Positions 16,151 to 25,138 of a stretch of 32,000 nt of DNA are shown one piece after another (position 1 is the stretch's first letter; the number at the start of each line of letters is the position of its first letter). Position numbers and translations under genes: made by a program. The stretch covers positions 5,520,001-5,552,000 of the forward strand of contig NC_010628.1 in assembly GCF_000020025.1 (NCBI RefSeq), read 5' to 3'. The notes under the pieces were generated by a model. It saw nothing but the letters and a program-made list of their open reading frames with translations. It made no database searches and was not told the origin of the DNA. This DNA comes from Nostoc punctiforme PCC 73102. GTDB taxonomy: Bacteria; Cyanobacteriota; Cyanobacteriia; Cyanobacteriales; Nostocaceae.

Positions 16151-16924
16151 TTGCGACTAAAAACAAATTTTGAGCAATCTCAGATTGCACGCTGTTGTGC
16201 GGCGGTGCTGCTTTTCGGTCAAGTGTGGCTACATTTTATCCAGGGAAAAACTTACTACCACAAAATCATGCAACATTTGGTGACTGCTGGACCCGGTTCT
16301 ATCTCTCCAGTTCTCCTGGTTAGCGGTTTTGCAGGAATGATTTTTACTATTCAGACGGCAAGAGAATTAGTCCGGTTTGGGGCTGAAAATGCTGTGGGAG
16401 GTGCTTTTGCTTTAGCTTTTTGTAGAGAATTGGCTCCAATTTTAACCGCTAGTATTATGGCAGGACAAGTGGGTTCTGCTTTTGCAGCAGAAATAGGTGC
16501 AATGCGTGTAACTGAGCAAATTGATGCACTTTATATGCTCAAAACTGACCCCATTGATTATCTAGTACTTCCTAGAGTAATCGCTTGTTGTTTGATGGTA
16601 CCTTTGATGACGATTTTGGCTTTAGTTACTGGCATTATCGGCGGAGTTTTTGCCGGATCGTACTTTTACAAAATTATTCCCGAAACATTTTTAGAATCAG
16701 TCAGAAATTTTTTAGAACCATCAGATTTGTTTATTATTTTGCTAAAAGGGTTTATTTTTGGTGTGCTGGTTGCTGTCATCGGCTGTAGTTGGGGTTTAAC
16801 TACTAAGGGGGGAGCTAAGGAAGTAGGAGAATCGGCAACAAAGGCAGTTGTTACTAGTTGGGTATCCATTTTTATCATGGATTTTTTCCTTTCTCTACTA
16901 CTATTTGACCAGCCTGCATTTTGA
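16151..16924 (+). CDS. mlaE: MlaE/TGD1-type ABC transporter permease
   Basis: 257-aa ORF with a TTG start. GMIFTIQTARELVRFGAENAVGG, RELAPILTASIMAGQVGSAFAAEIGAMRVTEQIDAL and PRVIACCLMVPLMT are the typical MlaE core. Confidence 0.85.
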   Translation: MRLKTNFEQSQIARCCAAVLLFGQVWLHFIQGKTYYHKIMQHLVTAGPGSISPVLLVSGFAGMIFTIQTARELVRFGAENAVGGAFALAFCRELAPILTASIMAGQVGSAFAAEIGAMRVTEQIDALYMLKTDPIDYLVLPRVIACCLMVPLMTILALVTGIIGGVFAGSYFYKIIPETFLESVRNFLEPSDLFIILLKGFIFGVLVAVIGCSWGLTTKGGAKEVGESATKAVVTSWVSIFIMDFFLSLLLFDQPAF

Positions 16925-16967
16925 AGGGGGCACGGGGAAGGGAGCAGGGGGAAGGGGACAGGACAGT
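16925..16967. repeat. G-rich heptamer (STRR-like) tract
   Basis: gggggca cggggaa gggagca gggggaa ggggaca ggacagt, lying directly after the mlaE stop codon. Confidence 0.6.
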
Positions 16968-17131
16968 AAAATTAGTGGTAACAGAGCTTGTCTATTCGCA
17001 TAGCGTCCCATAGGGAAGTACAGTTTTCCTCCTGCCTCCTGCCTTCATTTATAAATCTTTAGGTAAGAAATATCAGTTCTAAAGCTTTGGTGGAGCCCAC
17101 CACAGATATCCCTAATTTTTTTGAATATACT

Positions 17132-17581
17132 TCATAATTTTATCAGAACGTGGGAATATATTAACTCGTAAATTAGCGCACCTAAAGCTAAACCTGCAAA
17201 TGAAAAGATAGATGCAGTAAAAAAAGCTAGCCCTTCTCTAAGACCTGCTCTTTGGAAATCTATCCTGACTAATATAGTTGCCGAAATGATAAGTAAAGTA
17301 TCAAGAAATACCCGAAACCAGGCAATCATCAGAAAAAATAAGAAAGCTGCTAAGACGGCAACGCCAAAAGACCTGATGTTTGATTTAAGCAAAATACTGA
17401 AGTAATAGGTCATTTTCGGCCAAGGAGTGGTCAACGTCACTATTAAAAGCAAGATTGCAACCACAGTCAGCACCCACACAAACAGAGGAGCGTGTGTTTC
17501 AGATATTACCCAGCCCAAGGTACTGTAACTAAGCAGTACTAACGCCAGGGACACCCAAGGAACTCTTTTAAAAATTGGCAT
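17132..17581 (-). CDS. Small integral membrane protein (about 4 TM), unknown function
   Basis: 149-aa ORF that is almost entirely hydrophobic helices. I recognise no motif. Confidence 0.55.
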   Translation of the reverse strand: MPIFKRVPWVSLALVLLSYSTLGWVISETHAPLFVWVLTVVAILLLIVTLTTPWPKMTYYFSILLKSNIRSFGVAVLAAFLFFLMIAWFRVFLDTLLIISATILVRIDFQRAGLREGLAFFTASIFSFAGLALGALIYELIYSHVLIKL

Positions 17582-17779
17582 GGGTTAATATTCCTAGTAC
17601 AAGGTCAAGGTATTATTCCATTATTAAATTTTATTAGGAATGCGCTTTGATTTTTGTTCGTGCAGTGTGGTGTAGCCATACTTACTTGGCTTAAGAGGCA
17701 ACGGGAAAAAAGGCTCTTTGAGTTGCACTTAGCTTCGCAAAAATCAAAAATAACTCTTATAGAAGGCAGATTATTATAA

Positions 17780-18907
17780 CTATTGATTAATAGCTAAACA
17801 ATCATTTTCTGCCCACCAAGCGTAGATGGGCGTGTCGCTGCCTGGTAAAGCACCAAAAGTATTAGGTTGCAATACATTTATCCTAATACCATTTGTTAAT
17901 TCCACAACATAATTAACGTGTGTGCCCAAATACATAACATTAATAAGTCGCCCTTCAAAGCAGTTAGCTGGCAAATTGGGTGGATAAAGCGAAAGCTGTA
18001 TTTTTTCTGGGCGCACGCTCACTACTACCGCTTGTGATAATTGAGATGGTGTATCTTCAGCCCGGCTAATGATAATTGAGAGCCCTGTTTTTGTGGAAAT
18101 TTTAATACTAGAGGAGTCTACCGCTACGATTTCACCACTGAATAAATTAGTATCGCCAATAAAATCAGCAACAAAAGATGTCTGGGGACGTTCGTAAATT
18201 TGGCTGGGAGTGCCAACTTGTTCAATTTTGCCTTGGTTCATGACGGCAATGCGATCGCTCAAAGATAATGCTTCTTCTTGGTCGTGTGTCACCATCACAA
18301 AGGTTACTCCCAAGTCTTTGTGTAAATTTGATAACTCAATTTGCATCTCTTTACGTAGTTTTAAATCTAACGCCCCTAAAGGTTCATCTAGTAATACGAC
18401 GGTGGGACGGTTGACTAAAGCCCTTGCTAAGGCGACTCGTTGCTGTTGACCACCAGAAAGTTGACTAGGAAAGCGCGATCGCAAACTTTCCATTTTCACT
18501 AACTTTAAAGCTTCTTGAACTCTAATTTCAATTTCCGATTTGTGGATTTTTTTTAACCGTAGTCCAAAGGCGATGTTATCCCAGACATTCAAGTGATTGA
18601 ATAGAGCGTAACTTTGAAATACAGTATTGACGGGTCGGCGGTAAGGCGGCACATTAGTCATAGACTGACCCTGAATCAACACTTTGCCAGCATCAGCGAT
18701 TTCAAAGCCAGCAATTAAACGTAGTGTTGTTGTTTTGCCACAACCGGAGGGGCCTAAAATACTAAAAAATTCTCCTTGCCTGACATCTAAGTCTATTCCG
18801 TGTACTGCTGGTTCTTGGTTAAAAAACTTGAACACGTTACGCAGTTCAACATCAAGTGGCTGAAAAGTTGTTATCCCCCTCTGATTCTGCATGACAATTT
18901 GAGCCAT
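17780..18907 (-). CDS. potA: ABC importer ATP-binding protein, PotA type (spermidine/putrescine) with C-terminal TOBE-like domain
   Basis: 375-aa ORF with [61 protein letters not shown] and FIGDTNLF. It is close to co-linear with E. coli PotA as I recall it. Confidence 0.8.
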   Translation of the reverse strand: MAQIVMQNQRGITTFQPLDVELRNVFKFFNQEPAVHGIDLDVRQGEFFSILGPSGCGKTTTLRLIAGFEIADAGKVLIQGQSMTNVPPYRRPVNTVFQSYALFNHLNVWDNIAFGLRLKKIHKSEIEIRVQEALKLVKMESLRSRFPSQLSGGQQQRVALARALVNRPTVVLLDEPLGALDLKLRKEMQIELSNLHKDLGVTFVMVTHDQEEALSLSDRIAVMNQGKIEQVGTPSQIYERPQTSFVADFIGDTNLFSGEIVAVDSSSIKISTKTGLSIIISRAEDTPSQLSQAVVVSVRPEKIQLSLYPPNLPANCFEGRLINVMYLGTHVNYVVELTNGIRINVLQPNTFGALPGSDTPIYAWWAENDCLAINQ

Positions 18908-19109
18908 AATCCTTAGTAGAATGCCGTGATCTTACGTAACTTTGTCAGTAGTCTATTGGGCAGACTATATTTGACACTTTGGTTTATTGTATCCGCCAAA
19001 AACAATTGTTCAAGAATATACTTGCCCGATTTCTTCATACCCAGTCTTGGGCATGAGTTTAGGGTAATTGTATACAGATAATACCGCTCTTAGAATCATT
19101 CTTTGTCTT

Positions 19110-20957
19110 ATGTCTTTATTCCCATCAATTGGCAGCAAAAAAGATACACGTACAGTTGGACGTGGTTTTCAATCAATATTTTTAATCGTATTTACCCTCT
19201 TAATGACCACTGGGATTGAGGCTCGTTTGGCCTATTTGCAAATTGTTGAAGGTCCAAAACTCCGAGAACGAGCCGAAGCGAACCGGATTCGGATGATTGC
19301 TAAACAACCAGAACGGGGTAATATTTTTGACCGCAACGGTAAGCTTTTAGCCAGTACTCGCTATCCTAGTTCTGTATATTTGTGGCCGATGGCACATACT
19401 AAGCCTTCTTGGTCTGTAGTTGGCCCACGTCTAGCGCAAATTCTCAACATTCCGCAAGATGAGATGGAAAAGAAATTAGAACAAGCAGGTGCTAATTCTT
19501 CTTCACTCATCCGAATTGCTCGCGATCTCAATGAAGCAGAAATTACGGCGCTTAAGGAGTATAAAAATGAACTTCCAGAAGTGGAGATTAATACAGATTC
19601 TGTACGTTATTATCCTCATGGGAAGCAATTGGCTCATGTATTAGGCTATACGCGAGAGTTGACCGCCGACCAGTTAAAGGATAAGAAGCAGGAAGGCTAC
19701 CGACTGGGGGATGTAATCGGTCAGATGGGGGTGGAAAGAGCTTATGAGAAAGTGCTACGAGGCGAATGGGGTGGTCAACAGGTGGAAGTGGATGGTGCGG
19801 GTAGACCAATCCGAGTTGTGGGCGAGAAACAGGCAAAGGCTGGTAACGATTTGCATCTGACCATAGATTTGGATGTGCAACAGGCAGCAGAAAAAGCTTT
19901 AGGAAATCAACGAGGTGCGATCGCAGCACTCGATCCAAATAACGGTGCTGTTTTAGCGCTGGTATCTTACCCCACCTTTGATCCGAATATCTTCTCAAAA
20001 CAAAAACTTTCCCAGAAAGATTGGGAAAGCTTGCAAGGTAAAGATCATCCCTTGGTCAATCGGGCTTTGAGTGCCTTTCCACCTGCCAGTACTTTCAAAA
20101 TTGTCACCACGACAGCCGGACTGGAATCAGGTGAATTCTCTCCTGGCTCAATATTACAGACCTTTGGTTCTCTGACCGTTGGTGGTGTGACTTTTGGTGA
20201 GTGGAACCACGCTGGATTCGGGCCATTAGGATTTCCGAGAGCGTTGGCTATGAGTAGTGATACTTTCTTCTATCAAGTTGGCAGAAAAGTTGGTGGCCCA
20301 ACTTTAATCCAATGGAGCCGCAAATACGGATTTGGTCAAAGAACTGGCATTGAATTTCCTAACGAAGAATCAATAGGCTTGGTTCCAGATGAAATATGGA
20401 AGCAGAAAGTTTTGAAGACACCTTGGACTGTAGGCGACACCATTAATATGTCAATTGGTCAAGGCGCTTTGCAAGTGACACCCCTACAATCGGCAATTAT
20501 GTTTTCTGTCCCTGCGAATGGTGGGTATCGCGTTCAACCGCATTTGCTCAAAGACAACGAAGAAGCAAAAAGTTGGCGAGAATCTTTAAATATGAAGCCG
20601 GAAACTATCAAAGTTCTCCGCGATGGACTGCGGAAGGTAGTGAGTGAGGGTACTGGTAAGCGCTTGGACGTGCCGACAATTGCCCCAGCTTCTGGAAAGA
20701 GTGGCACTGCTGAAGCTGGTGTTGGTCGCCCAAATCATACTTGGTTTGGTGCTTATGCCCCTAGTAATAAGCCGGAAATCGTGGTTGTGGCCTTTGGTGA
20801 AAACTCTGGCGAACACGGCGGTACTGTTTGTGGACCAATGGTTTTACAAGTGCTAGAAGCTTATTTTCAGCACAAGTATCCAGGTAAGTATAAAAAACCT
20901 CAGCCCGATCCATCAGAAGCAAAAACTCAGAATTCAGGACATGGCACTGGAGATTAG
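19110..20957 (+). CDS. mrdA: Class-B penicillin-binding protein 2 (peptidoglycan D,D-transpeptidase), copy A
   Basis: The ORF track opens at a TTG at 19068. I prefer ATG 19110 because the paralog at 21266 aligns from that Met and cannot extend upstream (in-frame taa). Motifs are STFK, SSD and KSGT, with an N-terminal TM anchor. Confidence 0.9.
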   Translation: MSLFPSIGSKKDTRTVGRGFQSIFLIVFTLLMTTGIEARLAYLQIVEGPKLRERAEANRIRMIAKQPERGNIFDRNGKLLASTRYPSSVYLWPMAHTKPSWSVVGPRLAQILNIPQDEMEKKLEQAGANSSSLIRIARDLNEAEITALKEYKNELPEVEINTDSVRYYPHGKQLAHVLGYTRELTADQLKDKKQEGYRLGDVIGQMGVERAYEKVLRGEWGGQQVEVDGAGRPIRVVGEKQAKAGNDLHLTIDLDVQQAAEKALGNQRGAIAALDPNNGAVLALVSYPTFDPNIFSKQKLSQKDWESLQGKDHPLVNRALSAFPPASTFKIVTTTAGLESGEFSPGSILQTFGSLTVGGVTFGEWNHAGFGPLGFPRALAMSSDTFFYQVGRKVGGPTLIQWSRKYGFGQRTGIEFPNEESIGLVPDEIWKQKVLKTPWTVGDTINMSIGQGALQVTPLQSAIMFSVPANGGYRVQPHLLKDNEEAKSWRESLNMKPETIKVLRDGLRKVVSEGTGKRLDVPTIAPASGKSGTAEAGVGRPNHTWFGAYAPSNKPEIVVVAFGENSGEHGGTVCGPMVLQVLEAYFQHKYPGKYKKPQPDPSEAKTQNSGHGTGD

Positions 20958-21265
20958 TGCCGCAGAGCGGAATTAAAAATTAAAAGTGACGCTCGCAGAC
21001 TCGCTAACGCTGCGCTAAAAAAATTAAAAATGAATACAGCCTAAGTGTTTTATTCATTTGGAATGGGTGGTTTATTTCCGCCGACCTGTACTAGTGTGCA
21101 AAATTCAGAATTCAAAAAGTCTTTGGGCGATGAGATGGAAGAGAGTAGCTTATGGTATTAATTGAAAACAATTAATCACTGCCTATTAGTTTGCCGTTAA
21201 ATACCTGCTAAGAATTTAGCAGAGTTGTTTACAGATAATCTTAATTTTGAAATCTTCTTTTTCTT

Positions 21266-23086
21266 ATGACTATATTAAAACCATCTCCACTTAGCGGACA
21301 TAAAAATACACGTACAGTTGGACAGAGTTTCCAGCCGATATTCTTAATTATATTTACTCTATTAATGCTGACGGGAATCAGCATTCGTTTGGCATATTTG
21401 CAAATTTCTGAAGGAGCAAGCCACCGAAAACGAGCCGAGTCAAATCGAATTCGGATGATTCCCAAGCAACCAGAACGAGGTAATATTTTTGACCGCAATG
21501 GCAAACTTTTAGCCAGTACTCGCTATCCTCGCTCTGTATATTTGTGGCCGATGGCACATGCCAAGCCTGCATGGTCAGTTGTGGGGACACGTCTATCTCA
21601 AATTCTTGAGGTTCCCCAAGAAGAGATGGAGAAGAAATTAGAAGAGGCAGGCGCTAACTCTTCTTCACTTATACGGATTGCTCGTAACTTGAATGAAGCA
21701 CAAATTACGGCATTGAAGGAGTATCAAACCGAACTTAAAGACGTAGAAATTCATACAGAAGCCGTTCGCTATTATCCACACGGCAAGAAATTAGCTCATG
21801 TATTAGGCTATACGCGAGAACTGACCGCCGACCAGTTAAAAGAAAAGCAGCAGGAGGGCTACCGATTAGGTGATGTGATTGGTCAAATGGGAGTTGAAAA
21901 AGCTTATGAGATAAATCTGCGGGGCGAATGGGGGGGTCAGCAGGTAGAAGTAGATGGTGCAGGTCGGCCGCTCCGAGTTTTGGGGGAGAAGCAGGCGAAG
22001 CCTGGTAAAGATTTGCACTTGACCCTAGATTTAAATATGCAAAAAACAGCAGAAAAAGCTTTAGGCGATCGCGACGGTGCGATCGTGGCACTTGACCCAA
22101 AGAACGGTGCCGTTTTAGCAATGGTATCTCACCCCACCTTTGACCCCAATATTTTCTCGAAGCAGAAACTTAGCCAAAAAGATTGGGAAACTGTACAAGG
22201 TGCAGATCATCCCTTGGTGAATCGCGCCCTCAGCGCCTTTCCACCCGCGAGTACCTTCAAAATTGTCACTACCACAGCTGGTCTAGAATCAGGTAAATTT
22301 TCTCCTGGTACAGTCTTGCAAACCTACGGTTCCTTAAGTTTTGGCGGTACCCGATTTGGTGAATGGAATCACGCCGGATTCGGGCCGTTGGGTTTTGTCG
22401 GTGCATTACAGTGGAGTAGTGATACCTTTTTCTATCAAATTGGTCGCGGAGTCGGCGGCCCAACTTTAATTGAATGGACTCGCAAGTATGGATTTGGTAA
22501 AAAAACCGGTTTTGAGTTTGCCAACGAAGAGGCAAAAGGTTTAGTACCAGATGAGACATGGAAGCAGAAAGCTTGGAAGATACCTTGGACTGTCGGAGAC
22601 AGCATTAATATGTCAATTGGTCAAGGTGCTTTACAAACTACACCCCTGCAAGTCGCCATCATGTTTGCCGTGCCCGCAAATGGTGGCTATAGAGTCCAGC
22701 CGCATTTGCTTAAAGACAATGAAGAAGCAAAAAGCTGGCGAGAATCTTTAAATATGAAGCCGACAACCATTAGTGTTCTCCGGCAAGGACTACGGAAAGT
22801 AGTAGCTGAAGGTACTGGTAAGGCTTTGAATCAGCCAACAGTTCCCCTAGTCGCGGGTAAGAGTGGTACTGCCGAAGCCTGGAAGGGACGTGTTAAGCAA
22901 AATCACGCCTGGTTTGGTGCTTATGCACCTGCTGAACAGCCAGAATTTGTGATTGTGGCATTTGCGGAACATTCCGGCGGTGGCGGTGGTAGCATTGCTG
23001 CGCCAATGATCTTACAAATTATGGAGGAATATTTTCAGCGCAAGTATCCAGGTAAGTATCAGAAACCAACGCCGAAGAAAGCATGA
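21266..23086 (+). CDS. mrdA: Class-B penicillin-binding protein 2 (peptidoglycan D,D-transpeptidase), copy B (tandem paralog)
   Basis: 606-aa ORF, co-linear with copy A and with the same STFK, SSD and KSGT motifs. Confidence 0.9.
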   Translation: MTILKPSPLSGHKNTRTVGQSFQPIFLIIFTLLMLTGISIRLAYLQISEGASHRKRAESNRIRMIPKQPERGNIFDRNGKLLASTRYPRSVYLWPMAHAKPAWSVVGTRLSQILEVPQEEMEKKLEEAGANSSSLIRIARNLNEAQITALKEYQTELKDVEIHTEAVRYYPHGKKLAHVLGYTRELTADQLKEKQQEGYRLGDVIGQMGVEKAYEINLRGEWGGQQVEVDGAGRPLRVLGEKQAKPGKDLHLTLDLNMQKTAEKALGDRDGAIVALDPKNGAVLAMVSHPTFDPNIFSKQKLSQKDWETVQGADHPLVNRALSAFPPASTFKIVTTTAGLESGKFSPGTVLQTYGSLSFGGTRFGEWNHAGFGPLGFVGALQWSSDTFFYQIGRGVGGPTLIEWTRKYGFGKKTGFEFANEEAKGLVPDETWKQKAWKIPWTVGDSINMSIGQGALQTTPLQVAIMFAVPANGGYRVQPHLLKDNEEAKSWRESLNMKPTTISVLRQGLRKVVAEGTGKALNQPTVPLVAGKSGTAEAWKGRVKQNHAWFGAYAPAEQPEFVIVAFAEHSGGGGGSIAAPMILQIMEEYFQRKYPGKYQKPTPKKA

Positions 23087-23132
23087 AATTGGGAATTGAT
23101 TATTTCCCTGTGTCTCTCATCTCGATACAAAA

Positions 23133-24203
23133 ATGAGGTCAATTGTGATTGACGACTATATCCGAGCCGCAATGACTCAAAACCAGATTCCTGGACTTTC
23201 TGTAGCCGTGGTGCAGGAAGGTGAAGCTGTTTTAGTTAAGGGCTATGGGCTGGCGAATATAGAACACTCTGTTTCAGCGAATGAACACACAATTTATGAA
23301 GTTGCGTCTGTTGGTAAAACTTTCACGGCTACAGCCGTAATGATGCTGGTAGAACAAGGGATAATTTCGCTAGATGATGCGATGCCTGCGGCGGTAAACT
23401 ACGCAGACTATCTCGATCATCTACCCCTGACATGGCAAAATGTCACAATTCAACATATTCTGTCTCATCAGTCTGGAATTCCTAGCTATACCGATGCCCC
23501 AAACTACTGGGAAATTACCCATCTTAATTTATCGAAATCTGAAATTTTGGCTCTAGTTACTCACCTACCCCTCAAGTTCCAACCGGGTGAGTTTAGCGCC
23601 TATGACAACACAGGCTACTATCTACTGGGTTTGATCCTAGAAAAGGTAACTGGACAATCTTATGGAGATTTGTTGCAAGAGCGCATTTTTACTCCTTTGG
23701 GAATGAATGCAACCGTAATGAACTATCCCAGCGACATAGTGTCACACCGCGCTGCTGGCTATCGCTTGCTAAACAGCAAACTCGTTAACAAACCTTACTA
23801 CAGTCCTTCAGTTACTTATTCTGCTGGAGGTCAACTTTCCAGTATAGAAGATATGGTGAAGTGGGAACAGGCGCTTTGTAGTGCAACTCTGCTAAAGCAA
23901 TCAACCCTAGATAAAATGTGGACTCCTCGTTTTCCCAATCAGGGCGATGATTGGGAAAAGTTGAGATATATTGCAGGTTTAGGTTGGTGGGTATTGAATT
24001 ACGGCGATCGCCGAGTAGTTGGTCATAATGGTTCGATACTAGGATTTGCAAGTAACATTACCCGCTTTATTGATGACAAAATTACCGTGATTTTACTTTG
24101 CAATCTCGATAAAATTTCCCGACCAGATGCGATCGCTAAGAAAATTGCTGAATACTACTATCCTGCCCTTAAGGAAGTAATTATTCAGCCTCCGTTAGGA
24201 TAA
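23133..24203 (+). CDS. Serine hydrolase of the class-C beta-lactamase / PBP4*-like family
   Basis: 356-aa ORF with SxxK as ASVGKTFTA, YxN as YDNTGY and a GHNGS-type third motif. I see no signal peptide. Confidence 0.85.
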   Translation: MRSIVIDDYIRAAMTQNQIPGLSVAVVQEGEAVLVKGYGLANIEHSVSANEHTIYEVASVGKTFTATAVMMLVEQGIISLDDAMPAAVNYADYLDHLPLTWQNVTIQHILSHQSGIPSYTDAPNYWEITHLNLSKSEILALVTHLPLKFQPGEFSAYDNTGYYLLGLILEKVTGQSYGDLLQERIFTPLGMNATVMNYPSDIVSHRAAGYRLLNSKLVNKPYYSPSVTYSAGGQLSSIEDMVKWEQALCSATLLKQSTLDKMWTPRFPNQGDDWEKLRYIAGLGWWVLNYGDRRVVGHNGSILGFASNITRFIDDKITVILLCNLDKISRPDAIAKKIAEYYYPALKEVIIQPPLG

Positions 24204-24230
24204 GAAGATCGGTAAAACTAATCTCTGCTA

Positions 24231-24279
24231 ATTTTAGATTTTGAATTTTAGATTGAAGGAAAAATCTAAAATCTAAAAT
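24231..24279. terminator. Imperfect hairpin built from TTTTAGA heptamers between convergent genes
   Basis: attttagatt (24245..24254) pairs with aatctaaaat (24263..24272). The outer attttag / ctaaaat extension carries a 7-nt bulge. Confidence 0.45.
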
Positions 24280-24289
24280 CGAACAACTC

Positions 24290-25138
24290 CTATGGCGATA
24301 TCTTAGTGGGTTTCAAATTTCTGGCTTTGTAGAACATTTCTAAGCTGTTGCGATCGCCGACAAAACGCCAGTGCCAAGGCTCATAACTCACACCTTGAAC
24401 ATTATCTTTAGGAAAAGACATTTCAAAGCTAAAACGTGCTGCATTTGCTTGCAGCCACTGATAAGCCTTGGTCTTGTCAAAATTGGTTTGGAGATTAGTT
24501 GCTGGTACCGATCCATCCCCAACATCCACAGCATAACCTGTGTGATGTTCGCTATGACCAGGAGGAGCGCTGAGGGCAGCTCGTTCTGCTGGTGTTTGAT
24601 TTCGTTGGGCACCGACACCAAAAAACAATTGTTCCTGGTCTTTCACTGAGCGAAAGCCAGAAATGGGCACTAAAGTTACACCTGCACTCCGGGCTGCTGC
24701 TACCATCTCCTCAAACTTTTGGGCAGCAGATTTTCGCATTCTAATGCCCCTATTTGCGGAGATGGTTACTAGTTCTGACTGAGGCGCTTCTGGGTAGGGA
24801 AAATGCCCTAATACAGTATCGCTAGAATTATTAGATGGTGCTGGAGTCGGAGGAGTAGAAGTAGCTGGTAAAGGTTGAGAATCGGCGGTTTTTTTGGGTG
24901 CAGTGACGAAAAACAAAAAACCGCTAATTAAAGCCAGCAGGATAAATCCCACCACTCCGCCAATCAGCATAATTTGGGGCTGCAACCACATTTTGCGTGC
25001 TGCAACAGGTGTATCACGTACAGCCACTGGAATATCATCACCAAGGTCATTCGATGAGTTTTGCGGTTTTCCAGAAAACCCTGCCTTATTCAAGCGTAAA
25101 CTCCTGTTTTTGTGGAATAGCCATAACAGATTTTGCAC
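24290..25138 (-). CDS. VanY/M15-family D-alanyl-D-alanine carboxypeptidase, membrane-anchored
   Basis: 282-aa ORF with SGFRSVKDQEQLF, SEHHTGYAVDV and EPWHWRF (zinc ligands and catalytic motifs) and one TM helix (IMLIGGVVGFILLALISGFLFF). The alternative start is Met at 24991. Confidence 0.8.
   Translation of the reverse strand: MQNLLWLFHKNRSLRLNKAGFSGKPQNSSNDLGDDIPVAVRDTPVAARKMWLQPQIMLIGGVVGFILLALISGFLFFVTAPKKTADSQPLPATSTPPTPAPSNNSSDTVLGHFPYPEAPQSELVTISANRGIRMRKSAAQKFEEMVAAARSAGVTLVPISGFRSVKDQEQLFFGVGAQRNQTPAERAALSAPPGHSEHHTGYAVDVGDGSVPATNLQTNFDKTKAYQWLQANAARFSFEMSFPKDNVQGVSYEPWHWRFVGDRNSLEMFYKARNLKPTKISP

Noticed and set aside
19588-19998. 136-aa antisense ORF inside PBP2 copy A, matched by a 128-aa antisense ORF (21735..22121) in copy B
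   Set aside because: Both lie antisense to well-supported CDSs and translate to Pro/Leu/His/Arg-rich text. Their apparent conservation follows automatically from the sense-strand paralogy, so it is not independent evidence of coding.
25133-25138. 6-bp overlap of divergent start codons of the VanY-like and AEC transporter ORFs
   Set aside because: It is most likely an artefact of taking the longest ORFs. Downstream starts (24991 for VanY-like, about 25196 TTG for AEC) remove the overlap and keep all conserved regions.
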